54,248 nucleotides of DNA, taken from NCBI GenBank assembly GCA_944392325.1, contig CALXWI010000002.1, positions 1-54,248 of the forward strand, written 5' to 3'. This DNA comes from an uncultured Alphaproteobacteria bacterium. Its GTDB lineage: Bacteria; Pseudomonadota; Alphaproteobacteria; RF32; CAG-239. Positions 9,218 to 17,723 of the stretch are shown piece by piece. How positions within the stretch are numbered: position 1 is the first letter of the stretch; each line of letters opens with the position of its first letter. Below the pieces are notes generated by a model. That model had not been told where the DNA came from, did not search any database, and saw only the letters and a list, made by a program, of their open reading frames with translations. The translations under genes were made by a program, and so were the position numbers.

Positions 9218-9247
9218 ATCATATACAGACAGAAAGGAACATATCTC

Positions 9248-11092
9248 ATGTGTGGAATTATCGGATACATCGGCAATACCTCCCCTATTGACATTTTGCT
9301 TAACGGGCTCAAACACCTTGAATACCGCGGCTACGATTCCGCCGGTATTGCTCTTGGAAACCTTAACCGCTTGATGGTTATCAAAGCCGCCGGCAAACTC
9401 GCCAATCTTCAACAAGAAATCTCGCAAAGCTCGCTGCTGTCTTCTCCCAATCGCGGCATCGGACACATTCGCTGGGCAACTCACGGCAAAGGCAACGCTG
9501 TCAATGCCCATCCTCATACTTCGCTCAATGGCAATTTAGCCATTGTCCATAACGGTATTATTGAAAATTACAAAGACTTAAAAGCCGAGCTTATCAATCA
9601 AGGTTATGTTTTTCAGTCTGAAACCGATACCGAGGTTATTGCCCATTTGATTGGTTTTTATCTGCAACAAGGCTCCAATCTTCATCAAGCCACGCGGCAA
9701 GCCTGCTCTCGCCTGCACGGGGCCTATGCCTTAGGCGTCATCAGTCAAGCCGAGCCCCACAAGCTAATCGCCGTCCGCCACCATGCTCCGCTCATTTTGG
9801 GGCAAAGCCGCTCCGGCAATTATATTGCCAGCGACATTCCGGCCTTAATCGGCCAAGCCGACAGCACCCTCAGCCTTGAAGATGACGAGCTCGCCGAATT
9901 AAGCGAAAATAATATTAGCGTCTTTGCCGCCGACGACACCATTTGCCACAAAACTTTTAAACCTCTGACCATGAGCGCCGACAGTATTGATAAACTCGGC
10001 TACCGCCATTATATGCTCAAAGAGATTCACGAGCAAGGCAACATCACGCGGCAGCTTTTGCACAAGCGCCTACCCTCTGCCGAGGCTGAGGTCAATTTGC
10101 CCGATATCAATATTTCCTCCTCCCGCTTGCAGGCAATCCGCCAAATTGAAATTATTGCTTGTGGCACCTCGCTCCACGCGGCCGAAGTCGGCAAATATTT
10201 GATTGAAGAACTCACCGGTATTTCAACCCAAGTTATGGCCGCCAGCGAATATCTGTGCCGCCGCAGTTTAAGCTCCGAGCATACGCTATGTATTGGGGTT
10301 TCCCAATCCGGCGAAACCGCCGATACCATATCCGCTATCCGCAAAGCCAAAGAACATAATGCCCATATCTTAATTTTAACCAATCGACCCGATTCCAGCA
10401 TTACCCGCTATGCGGACAGCCTTCTTCCGCTGGAAGCCGGTATAGAGGTCAGCGTTGCCGCCACCAAATCCTATACGGCACAATTGGTTGCATTTTACTT
10501 ATTGTCGCTTTATCTGGCCGAGCACTTACATAGCGTTGATGCCGCACAGCTCAGCGCACTCAAACAAGAGCTGTTGCAAATACCGACCCAGATTGAAACA
10601 ATTTTACAAAATGACCAAGAAATAAAGGCTTGCGCCCAACAGTTCAACCACAGCCGCAACTTTATTTATATGTCGCGAGGAATTAACGTCGCCACTGCGC
10701 AAGAAGGCGCCCTCAAGCTCAAAGAAATCAGCTACATCAACGCCGGAGCTTACCCCGCCGGAGAGCTCAAACACGGACCGATAGCCCTGCTTGATGAAAC
10801 TCTGCCGGTGGTATCCATCCTCATTCCCGGAGGCTCCGGTTATGCCAAGCTGCTTTCAAATAACGAGGAAGCCAAGGCGCGCAAAGCACCGCTGATAGCC
10901 ATAACTTCCTCCCAAGATAAAGAGCTAAACAAACTCTTCAACCACGTCATCACCGTTCCCCAAGTCAGCGAGCTTTTATCACCTCTGACCACCAACATCC
11001 CGTTGCAGTTGCTGGCCTACTATATTGCAGATTCGCTGGGACGCGACGTCGACCAGCCCCGCAATCTGGCCAAATCCGTAACTGTTGAGTAA
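9248..11092 (+). CDS. glmS: Glutamine--fructose-6-phosphate aminotransferase
   Basis: MCGIIGYIG N-terminal nucleophile, two SIS domains (GVSQSGETADT), C-terminal DQPRNLAKSVTVE. Confidence 0.97.
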   Translation: MCGIIGYIGNTSPIDILLNGLKHLEYRGYDSAGIALGNLNRLMVIKAAGKLANLQQEISQSSLLSSPNRGIGHIRWATHGKGNAVNAHPHTSLNGNLAIVHNGIIENYKDLKAELINQGYVFQSETDTEVIAHLIGFYLQQGSNLHQATRQACSRLHGAYALGVISQAEPHKLIAVRHHAPLILGQSRSGNYIASDIPALIGQADSTLSLEDDELAELSENNISVFAADDTICHKTFKPLTMSADSIDKLGYRHYMLKEIHEQGNITRQLLHKRLPSAEAEVNLPDINISSSRLQAIRQIEIIACGTSLHAAEVGKYLIEELTGISTQVMAASEYLCRRSLSSEHTLCIGVSQSGETADTISAIRKAKEHNAHILILTNRPDSSITRYADSLLPLEAGIEVSVAATKSYTAQLVAFYLLSLYLAEHLHSVDAAQLSALKQELLQIPTQIETILQNDQEIKACAQQFNHSRNFIYMSRGINVATAQEGALKLKEISYINAGAYPAGELKHGPIALLDETLPVVSILIPGGSGYAKLLSNNEEAKARKAPLIAITSSQDKELNKLFNHVITVPQVSELLSPLTTNIPLQLLAYYIADSLGRDVDQPRNLAKSVTVE

Positions 11093-11107
11093 AGCTTTAC
11101 TTTCAAA

Positions 11108-11145
11108 ACCCTGTAGCTAAGTCGTTACAGGGTATTTTCTTTTTT
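11108..11145 (+). terminator. Rho-independent terminator after glmS
   Basis: ACCCTGTA (11108-11115) pairs with TACAGGGT (11126-11133), followed by ATTTTCTTTTTT. Confidence 0.7.
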
Positions 11146-11169
11146 ATAATTTTATTTTATAACCAAAAT

Positions 11170-11934
11170 ATGATGAAGAAAATATACATACTTTTAATTT
11201 GGCTATGTATCAGCGGCTGTAACAGTATAAGTATCCCGCCCCAATATACCTATCAAGAAATCAAAACCTCTGATTTTGATATTGCCGTCTGGAAAAAAAT
11301 AACCTCCCCTCACAGCCCATATAAGATTTATATTGAAGGTGACGGATACGCCTTCAATTCTCGCGGCCTCCCCACTCAAGACCCCACACCCAAAGGCACT
11401 TTAGTAAGAGAATTAGCATTTAGCGATAATAGTCCCAATGTAATTTACCTTGCCCGCCCCTGCCAATACATCACCAACTCATCATGCCGTCAAAAATACT
11501 GGACTACCGCTCGTTTTGCTCCTGAGGTGGTTAATGCGGAATATGAAGTCATTAAACGACTTGCCGGCAATCATCCCCTAATTCTAATTGGTTTTTCCGG
11601 CGGAGCGCAAATTGCCGGACTAATTGCCGCTACTAAGCCTGATTTACAAATCACTCAAATCATTACCATTGCTGGCAATCTAGATCACCAAGGCTGGACA
11701 ACATATCATCACCTGCCGGCTTTAAGTGAATCTATGAACTTAGCCGATTATCAGCCCCAATTTACCTCTATTCCCCAAACTCACTATGTTGGCTCAAAAG
11801 ATAAAGTAATCCCTCCTCATTTAGTAAAAGACTTCATTAATAACCAAGCCCCTGTAATCACTATTGAAGGCGCCACCCATAACTCTGGCTGGAACAATAT
11901 TTATCCATCAATCCATCAAACCGGCACTAACTAA
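11170..11934 (+). CDS. Lipoprotein, alpha/beta-hydrolase fold (possibly VirJ-like)
   Basis: Lipobox LCISGC. GFSGGA nucleophile elbow, late GSKD and GATH motifs. The VirJ-like call is only a pattern impression. Confidence 0.6.
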   Translation: MMKKIYILLIWLCISGCNSISIPPQYTYQEIKTSDFDIAVWKKITSPHSPYKIYIEGDGYAFNSRGLPTQDPTPKGTLVRELAFSDNSPNVIYLARPCQYITNSSCRQKYWTTARFAPEVVNAEYEVIKRLAGNHPLILIGFSGGAQIAGLIAATKPDLQITQIITIAGNLDHQGWTTYHHLPALSESMNLADYQPQFTSIPQTHYVGSKDKVIPPHLVKDFINNQAPVITIEGATHNSGWNNIYPSIHQTGTN

Positions 11935-12014
11935 GCATCGCGCTTTCTTTGCCCCATCTATCAAACGCTAACTGATGGCTCCACGAGCATCGTGGTCGAG
12001 CCCTGAACGGAACA

Positions 12015-12053
12015 TAAAAAAAAACTCTATCCCAACTAAATTGAGATAGAGTT
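12015..12053 (-). terminator. Rho-independent terminator (minus strand) just past the orphan tRNA-His 3' fragment
   Basis: AACTCTATC (12023-12031) pairs with GATAGAGTT (12045-12053). The A10 run at 12015-12024 is the T run on the minus strand. Confidence 0.6.
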
Positions 12054-12058
12054 CTAAA

Positions 12059-12072
12059 TGGGGCGAACGATG
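12059..12072 (-). repeat. 14-nt direct duplicate of the tRNA-His 3' end (att-like)
   Basis: TGGGGCGAACGATG at 12059-12072 is identical to 12293-12306, the last 14 nt of tRNA-His including CCA. Confidence 0.85.
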
Positions 12073-12115
12073 CTGGAGTAGAAAAACAATCCGGTGGATT
12101 GTTTTTCGCCGACAG
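12072..12115. repeat. 44-bp palindromic repeat module, copy 1
   Basis: GCTGGAGTAGAAAAACAATCCGGTGGATTGTTTTTCGCCGACAG is a perfect reverse-complement match to 17016-17059. It contains the internal hairpin AAAAACAATCC/GGATTGTTTTT. Confidence 0.9.
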
Positions 12116-12223
12116 AGACGGAAATATTACCCGCATAAGCTAAGCGACAGCGCGGCGAAATCGGGTTAAATTTCCGGTGACCGAGCAAGAGGCTAAAGCC
12201 TCGACGCGAGAGCCGAACTCACT

Positions 12224-12245
12224 GAGTTCGAGCCTTATCGTTCGC
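12224..12245 (+). repeat. Inverted 22-nt copy of the tRNA-His T-arm and acceptor 3' strand
   Basis: GAGTTCGAGCCTTATCGTTCGC is the reverse complement of 12297-12318 with one mismatch. A hairpin at 12253-12283 (AAAGAGCGGTTA/TAACCGCTCTTT) lies between the arms. Confidence 0.8.
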
Positions 12246-12292
12246 AAAAACAAAAAGAGCGGTTAAGAAATAACCGCTCTTTTAACAACAAC

Positions 12293-12369
12293 TGGGGCGA
12301 ACGATGAGGCTCGAACTCACGACAACCGGTACCACAAACCGGGGCTCTACCAACTGAGCTACGTTCGCC
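12293..12369 (-). tRNA. tRNA-His (anticodon GTG)
   Basis: Manual fold of the minus strand: G-1, acceptor GCGAACG/CGTTCGC, D arm GCTC-AGTTGGTA-GAGC, anticodon arm CCGGT-TTGTGGT-ACCGG, T arm GTGAG-TTCGAGC-CTCAT, discriminator C, encoded CCA. 77 nt. Confidence 0.93.
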
Positions 12370-12529
12370 AGCAAATCAACATCACTCTTTTACATACAAA
12401 CAAATGTAAAGTCAAGCCCAAAAATACATAAAAATTATTTTTATTATTCACATTCATTAACACTTTATTTTCTTTTATGGTGCATAATGTTTATAAATAG
12501 ACCAAGAATCATTAGGGGAACCCGCATAA

Positions 12530-13834
12530 ATGAACACTTTTCATAAACGTGTAGCATTCAGGTTGTGTTGTGGCTTTTTAGCCTTTTTAATTTTAAGTAT
12601 TGTCAACACACGCCACGCGAGGGCATCAATTTCCTCCATTATGATTGAAGCTGATACTGGTCGCGTTCTATCGGCTAACAATGCAGATGAACTTCGTTAT
12701 CCTGCCTCTTTAACCAAAGTCATGACCCTTTATATTACCTTTGATGCTTTGGAAAAAGGCTTAATTAAGCTTGAAGATGAGCTTCCCGTTTCTCGCAAAG
12801 CCGCCAACCGTTCACCGTCACGTTTAGGCTTGCGCCCCGGCAGTAAGATTAGCGTCAAGACGGCTATTGAGGCTTTGATTATCCGTTCTGCCAATGATTG
12901 CGCCACCGTTTTGGCTGAAGGACTCGGTTATAGTGAAGAAAACTTCGCCAAAGCTATGACCCAAACCGCCAAAGCTCTTGGAATGAAAAATACCACTTTT
13001 AAGAACGCCTCCGGCCTGCCCAATCGCCAGCAAAAAACCACTGCGCGAGATATGGCCATTTTAGGAGCCGCAATGTACCACCATTTTCCGCAATATTATA
13101 AATGGTTTTCACTTCGCAAATTCACCTATCAGGGCAAAACTTATTATACCCACAACCACGTATTAAAACAGTTTGCCGGTGCCGACGGTATGAAAACCGG
13201 TTTTACCAATGCTGCCGGCTTTAACATCATCACCTCAGCCAACCGCAACGGACAAAGAGTTATTGCCGTAACTATGGGACACCGCACTCAAAAAGAACGT
13301 GATAAAAAAATTATGAGCATGATGGATAAAGGGCTGACTCGTCTGGCTCTTGAAACCAAACAAGAAGAAACCCAAATGTATGCCAATTTAGTTGAAGAAC
13401 GCGCCAAACCCACAGACATCAGCGCCCAATTGGCAGCCAACCAAACTGTAACCTCTTCTGACAACAACACCACAGAAGAAGACGCTCACCCTGAAATTGA
13501 GCAAGGCAGTACTGACGCTGATCAAATAGTCTCTCTTGAAGAAGAAACCACATCCCCAAGTTGGAGTATTCAAGTCGGAGCTTTCTCCAACTATGCCAAA
13601 GCCCGCAACTACGCTCATAAGATTAAAGAAAAAGAACTCAAGAAATACACAGACTGCGACATCGCGGTTGAGGCCGTAGAAACCGCTTCGGCCATAGTTT
13701 ACCGCTCTAAAATTACCGGTTTTGAAAAAAATGATGCACAAAAGGTATGCAAACATTTGAAAAGTTCATCCATATCTTGTATAGTCACAATCAGCGATTC
13801 TAATCAATCAATGACAGTGGCAAGCAGAGAATGA
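12530..13834 (+). CDS. D-alanyl-D-alanine carboxypeptidase (S11, PBP5/6-like) with C-terminal SPOR domain
   Basis: Signal or anchor segment. SLTK (SxxK), SANDCA (SxN), KTGFT (KTG). C-terminal WSIQVGAFSNYAKARNYAHKIK...YRSKITGFEKNDAQKVCKHLK is SPOR-like. Confidence 0.85.
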   Translation: MNTFHKRVAFRLCCGFLAFLILSIVNTRHARASISSIMIEADTGRVLSANNADELRYPASLTKVMTLYITFDALEKGLIKLEDELPVSRKAANRSPSRLGLRPGSKISVKTAIEALIIRSANDCATVLAEGLGYSEENFAKAMTQTAKALGMKNTTFKNASGLPNRQQKTTARDMAILGAAMYHHFPQYYKWFSLRKFTYQGKTYYTHNHVLKQFAGADGMKTGFTNAAGFNIITSANRNGQRVIAVTMGHRTQKERDKKIMSMMDKGLTRLALETKQEETQMYANLVEERAKPTDISAQLAANQTVTSSDNNTTEEDAHPEIEQGSTDADQIVSLEEETTSPSWSIQVGAFSNYAKARNYAHKIKEKELKKYTDCDIAVEAVETASAIVYRSKITGFEKNDAQKVCKHLKSSSISCIVTISDSNQSMTVASRE

Positions 13835-14649
13835 GTGAAAAGACCCAAAACAAAGCACATACAATTGTTGTTAGTAACGAAAAAGGCGGCACCGGCAAAT
13901 CAACCATATCCATGCATTTAGCTGTTGCGTTGGAGCAAGAAGGCTTTAACGTTGCTGTGGTTGACCTAGACGGTCGTCAAGGTACGCTCAGTAAATATAT
14001 TGACAATCGCAATAAGTTTTGCCGCCAAAAAAATATCAAATTAGCCACGCCGGCACTATATTCATATGCTCCGCAAGAAGACTATGCCCTTATTCCGGCC
14101 AGTCGCAACAACATCCACGAGCGTATCAAAGAGCTGCAAAAAGAATATGACGCACTGATTATAGACACCCCCGGCACCAAGAACTACCTTTTTGATGAGG
14201 CGCATCAACACGCTGATACGCTGATTACCCCCATGACGGATAGTCTTATCGACTTAAATGTTATGGCCGATATTGACTTTGACAGTTCCACCATAGGCAA
14301 GCCCGGACACTATGCGGCTTTCATCTGGGATATCAAAAAGCAAATGGCCGCAGCTAATCGTGGTTATTTGAACTGGATTGTGGTTGGCAACAAAACCTCT
14401 TCACACAATTCCAAAAACAAAAATGTAGTTTTTGAATATCTTGAGAGGCTGGGCAAACTTTTTGGTTTCAGATTTACCCCTGGGCTGAAAGACCGTTTGA
14501 TTTACAAAGAGCTATTTTTGTTAGGTCTAACCGTCTTAGATATGCAACACCCACAATTGCAAATGAAGATGACAATGTCGCATATCGCCGCCAAAAGGGA
14601 GATTCGCAGCATTGCTGAATTCATCTGTCCGGATTCTGCCGCCCAATAA
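13831..14649 (+). CDS. mipZ: Division-plane positioning ParA-like ATPase MipZ
   Basis: IVVSNEKGGTGKSTISMHLAVAL deviant Walker A, DLDGRQGTLS, IIDTPG, ITPMTDSLIDL, FRFTPGLKDRLIYKELF. These align along the full length with the Caulobacter MipZ sequence as I recall it. ATG overlaps the upstream stop (ATGA). Confidence 0.8.
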   Translation: MSEKTQNKAHTIVVSNEKGGTGKSTISMHLAVALEQEGFNVAVVDLDGRQGTLSKYIDNRNKFCRQKNIKLATPALYSYAPQEDYALIPASRNNIHERIKELQKEYDALIIDTPGTKNYLFDEAHQHADTLITPMTDSLIDLNVMADIDFDSSTIGKPGHYAAFIWDIKKQMAAANRGYLNWIVVGNKTSSHNSKNKNVVFEYLERLGKLFGFRFTPGLKDRLIYKELFLLGLTVLDMQHPQLQMKMTMSHIAAKREIRSIAEFICPDSAAQ

Positions 14650-14670
14650 TTTTTCTATAATGGAGCCCCA

Positions 14671-15204
14671 ATGAAAGAGTTAAGCTTTTTGATGTTTATG
14701 ATAGCGCTTTTGTTTGGCGTTATGGTTTTGGCACGTCACTTAACCAACCCCAACCATCCGGACCGAGCGGTATTTTTTGTCCCGTCAAGAATGCTGTTTA
14801 ATTTATTATGGGGCAGTATTTTTTACATCGGCTACGGGATTTTGATGTACCCTGACCCATGGATAAAAATCAGCCTCTCCGTTCTCAACGGCATCCTGCT
14901 GGCTTACACGCTGCTCATCATAAAAATCCAAAAAGAACTCCTCAACCCCGGAAAAAAAATGCCGGCATTTCTGACAAAATTTCTGACCCGGAAAATTGCC
15001 GAACAAGAAAAACTTGATGAAAACGCCCCGGTCTACACAATCCGCAAGGCCTTGAAAATTCTGGGCTTAGCGGCCTACAACCCGGAGAATAAAGAACAAA
15101 TCAATCAGCGTCTGGACATTCTGCGCCGGCAAGCCGCAGAAAACCTGCCCGCCCCCTACCTTAAAACCATCATCCGCCGCTGCGAACAAACCTTGCTGAA
15201 CTAA
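14671..15204 (+). CDS. Hypothetical membrane protein (about 3 TM plus a helical C-terminal domain)
   Basis: ORF with hydrophobic segments. No family recognised. Confidence 0.55.
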   Translation: MKELSFLMFMIALLFGVMVLARHLTNPNHPDRAVFFVPSRMLFNLLWGSIFYIGYGILMYPDPWIKISLSVLNGILLAYTLLIIKIQKELLNPGKKMPAFLTKFLTRKIAEQEKLDENAPVYTIRKALKILGLAAYNPENKEQINQRLDILRRQAAENLPAPYLKTIIRRCEQTLLN

Positions 15205-15242
15205 AAAAAATCAACCTAGCCATAATTTATTCTGCTAAAAAT

Positions 15243-15271
15243 CAAAGGCCCAGTGTTTTACCGAGCCTTTG
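15243..15271. terminator. Bidirectional hairpin terminator between convergent genes
   Basis: CAAAGGC (15243-15249) pairs with GCCTTTG (15265-15271); T-rich on both sides. Confidence 0.55.
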
Positions 15272-15295
15272 GTTTATATTTTCCTTTTTTTTAAC

Positions 15296-17323
15296 CTAAT
15301 AAGAATCAAGCACCGGACGGACATAACAGCAATTGTCCTTTCCTCCCTCAGACCAAAAACCACTCAGGTCAGAGCTAGATATGTCTATAGCTAAAGCACC
15401 TCTGGCATAATTATCGTAATGCATTGTCCAATATTTATCTGATTTTAATTCTGTCCCTCCATATTTTGAAAGTAAATTATTAAGAATTGATTTAGCATAA
15501 TAAATATCTTCTATTTGTTGTACCGTAGGTAAATTTCCTGTTTTCCAGCAAAAGAGATATCGTTGAGCTTTAGCCAAAGCAGTCATCCAGTCTGTTTTAC
15601 CCATTTCACTTGTTGCAATATAGAAATCCATTCCTGGTGCTTTAACCCCAACGACTTCGCCGTCGCAGTAATATAAATCTCCAGCAGGGCCATCTGTAAT
15701 TTTTTGCTGGCAACTTCCGTTTTTCCACGCATAGTCTGATGAACAAGTACAAGAAGCATATTTTCCATCACAGGCTGAACCGGAACCGCCAGCATAGCCG
15801 GTACCAGTACAGGTATATTTATAGGAAGAAGAACAGGTTTCTTTAATACAAGCAGAGCCATTCCACTTATAACCGCTGGCACACGTGCATTGAGTATATT
15901 TGCCACCGCAGGCAGAGCCTGCGCCACCGGCGTAGCCGGTACCTGTACAAGAATATTTGTAACTGCTGGAGCACTCCGCGATACATGAGCCGCCACTCCA
16001 CTCATACCCGCTTTTGCAGTTGCACTTGTCATACTTTCCGCCGCAACCGGAGGATGGCTTGGTCTGGTTGGAGCCTGTGCAGGTATACTTAAACGAGGAT
16101 GAACATTTGACACAGCCCGAGCTGGCGCTCCAGGTATAGCCGCTGGCACAGTTGCAAGTCTGATATTTGTTCCCGCAGCTTGTCCCCGTTCCGCCGGCGT
16201 AACCTGTTCCCGTGCAGGTGTACTTGAAGTTGGTTTTGCACACGCAGCTTTGCGTCTGGGCATTGAACTCGTAATTCGTCGGGCAGGTGCATTTTTCATA
16301 ATACTTTCCGCTGTCATCGGAGCAGACAGACCCGCTGCCTGTCGCGCTGCCGCAGCTGACATAAGCCCCGGTGTTGCTCGAGTTCGTGTTGCATTTGGTC
16401 TTATATTTGGCGCCGGTACAACTCTGACAGGTCTCGGTTACCACATGTCCGGCCGGGATTGTTCCGTCACTATAAGGATAAGCCGAGCACAAGGAGCAGC
16501 ATTCTTTATATTTTCCGTCACAGCTGGCGCCTTTTCCGGCCTCATCTGCGCCCGAGCAGGTTTGGTTATATTCCGGTTTACAGACACAACCGGCATGATA
16601 AGAGGAATCATAGAGGCACGGGGTTCCCGGCGTTGCAGTTTCGCCGCAATCCTCGTTGGTGTAGCCTTCTTTTTTGCATTTTTCCTCATTGTCGACTTCC
16701 CAATTATCTCCATCTTCATCCCCGCCGGATGAGCTTCCGCCCGGGGTGCCGCCGGAACTCCCGTCCGGGGTATTCGCGCCGGTGTAAAACTCATTCTCCC
16801 GGCAATGCCCCGCGTCCGTGATAAAACAGACCGACGCGGTCAGCGGAAGGTCTGCGCTATCTTGTTCCGGTAATAATAAGCGCGATGCTTCAAGTCCTTT
16901 GTGTTGAGAGATTTTTCTACTCATCCTTCTAGCTGCGCTGACGCTTGCGTCGGTCACTCGGTTGTAACGCCTGCTTTGGTCGCTATCGCTTCTTTGCAGG
17001 CTAACAAGCCTTCGCCTGTCGGCGAAAAACAATCCACCGGATTGTTTTTCTACTCCAGCCTTCCCTATCAAGGGAAGGAACGCTGTGGCTTGTTTCCGGT
17101 ATTCCCTCTCTTGATAGAGAGGGTTAGGGTGAGTAGATTGGATTGCCGCGTCGGACAATGTCCTCCTCGCAAAGACAATGGAAGAGTTTTCTTTCACACC
17201 CTCCCCAACCCTCCCTAATTCTTCAGGGAGGGCGTATAATGCTTCCTCATTTATATAATTTCCATAAGATACATTTGAAATCAGAGACAGAGAAGTCCCT
17301 AAAAGTAAAAATTTAATTTTCAT
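15296..17323 (-). CDS. Large secreted cysteine-rich tandem-repeat protein with DUF1566-like C-terminal domain
   Basis: The ORF track extends to 17365. ATG at 17323 has a GGAG 9 nt upstream and gives MKIKFLLLGTSLSLISNVSYG, a signal peptide homologous to that of 31..1038. Four ~45-aa six-Cys modules. C-terminal part has NLPTVQQIEDIY...KYWTM...CCYVRPV. Confidence 0.75.
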   Translation of the reverse strand: MKIKFLLLGTSLSLISNVSYGNYINEEALYALPEELGRVGEGVKENSSIVFARRTLSDAAIQSTHPNPLYQEREYRKQATAFLPLIGKAGVEKQSGGLFFADRRRLVSLQRSDSDQSRRYNRVTDASVSAARRMSRKISQHKGLEASRLLLPEQDSADLPLTASVCFITDAGHCRENEFYTGANTPDGSSGGTPGGSSSGGDEDGDNWEVDNEEKCKKEGYTNEDCGETATPGTPCLYDSSYHAGCVCKPEYNQTCSGADEAGKGASCDGKYKECCSLCSAYPYSDGTIPAGHVVTETCQSCTGAKYKTKCNTNSSNTGAYVSCGSATGSGSVCSDDSGKYYEKCTCPTNYEFNAQTQSCVCKTNFKYTCTGTGYAGGTGTSCGNKYQTCNCASGYTWSASSGCVKCSSSFKYTCTGSNQTKPSSGCGGKYDKCNCKSGYEWSGGSCIAECSSSYKYSCTGTGYAGGAGSACGGKYTQCTCASGYKWNGSACIKETCSSSYKYTCTGTGYAGGSGSACDGKYASCTCSSDYAWKNGSCQQKITDGPAGDLYYCDGEVVGVKAPGMDFYIATSEMGKTDWMTALAKAQRYLFCWKTGNLPTVQQIEDIYYAKSILNNLLSKYGGTELKSDKYWTMHYDNYARGALAIDISSSDLSGFWSEGGKDNCCYVRPVLDSY
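15701..16240 (-). repeat. Four tandem ~135-bp coding repeats (45-aa six-cysteine modules)
   Basis: Protein modules: C.TNFKYTCTGTGYAGGTGTSCGNKYQTCNCASGYTWSASSGC / CSSSFKYTCTGSNQTKPSSGCGGKYDKCNCKSGYEWSGGSC / CSSSYKYSCTGTGYAGGAGSACGGKYTQCTCASGYKWNGSAC / CSSSYKYTCTGTGYAGGSGSACDGKYASCTCSSDYAWKNGSC. Confidence 0.85.
17016..17059. repeat. 44-bp palindromic repeat module, copy 2, inside the coding frame of 15296..17323
   Basis: Perfect reverse complement of 12072-12115. In frame it is translated as AGVEKQSGGLFFADR. Confidence 0.9.
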
Positions 17324-17723
17324 AACTAAGCTCCATTGTTTTAAGTAAAAAAACAACGCCACCATAAGCTATGAAAACCAAGGTGGCGCGGAGCTGAAAA
17401 ACCGTAAACACAACGGTCAGGCTTATTCGTCTACCTGCTGAACTTAACCAGCTAACAGAAGCATGACATTAATGTAAACATCAATATTAGAGGCTGTCTG
17501 CAAGTGCTTATCTCACCCACTCCGCCCATGCGGATATTTTGTGTTTAGGTGTTTTTCAGACACCACAGCCGGTTTTCCCAACTGCATAATCAGAATACCA
17601 CAATGGAACAAAGTTCGCAAGCACTTTCTGATGTAATCACGAATTTGGGATTTTCAGCCTGACAAAAAGGCTCAGGATTCCTCCTGAGCCTTATTCCCCC
17701 TCCCTGAACTCACCACAACCTTT

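Noticed and set aside
9218-9247. glmS ribozyme or riboswitch upstream of glmS.
   Set aside because: Only 30 nt separate glmS from the upstream gene. The glmS ribozyme is a Gram-positive-type leader of about 170 nt, so there is no room and no matching structure.
11927-12136. ORF 11927..12136(-) and ORF 16901..17218(+).
   Set aside because: Both are composed of palindromic repeat or terminator sequence, or lie antisense to a better gene. Neither has translation signals.
12059-12246. Possible tmRNA or other tRNA-like ncRNA: GCGAACGAT...ATCGTTCGC closing stem, a T-loop-like GAGTTCGAGCC, and an encoded CCCA end followed by a terminator.
   Set aside because: The region is only about 185 nt. No reading frame ends in an ...ALAA-type tag on either strand. 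The T-loop-like and CCA-bearing ends lie on opposite strands, so neither strand gives a coherent tRNA-like domain. tRNA-His-derived repeat fragments explain it better.
15296-15500. Diversity-generating retroelement target: DUF1566-like (C-type-lectin-fold) C-termini are known DGR variable-protein scaffolds.
   Set aside because: No template-repeat copy of either gene's 3' end lies nearby (1039-1320 and 15205-15295 are unrelated), and no reverse transcriptase is in the window.
15583-16821. Long alternative-frame and antisense ORFs within the Cys-rich gene (15583..16362-, 16250..16732+, 16438..16794-, 16459..16821+, 16089..16292-).
   Set aside because: They give low-complexity Ala/Arg/Pro-rich translations typical of off-frame reading of GC-rich repetitive coding DNA. 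The frame with the signal peptide, Cys modules and C-terminal domain is the coherent one.
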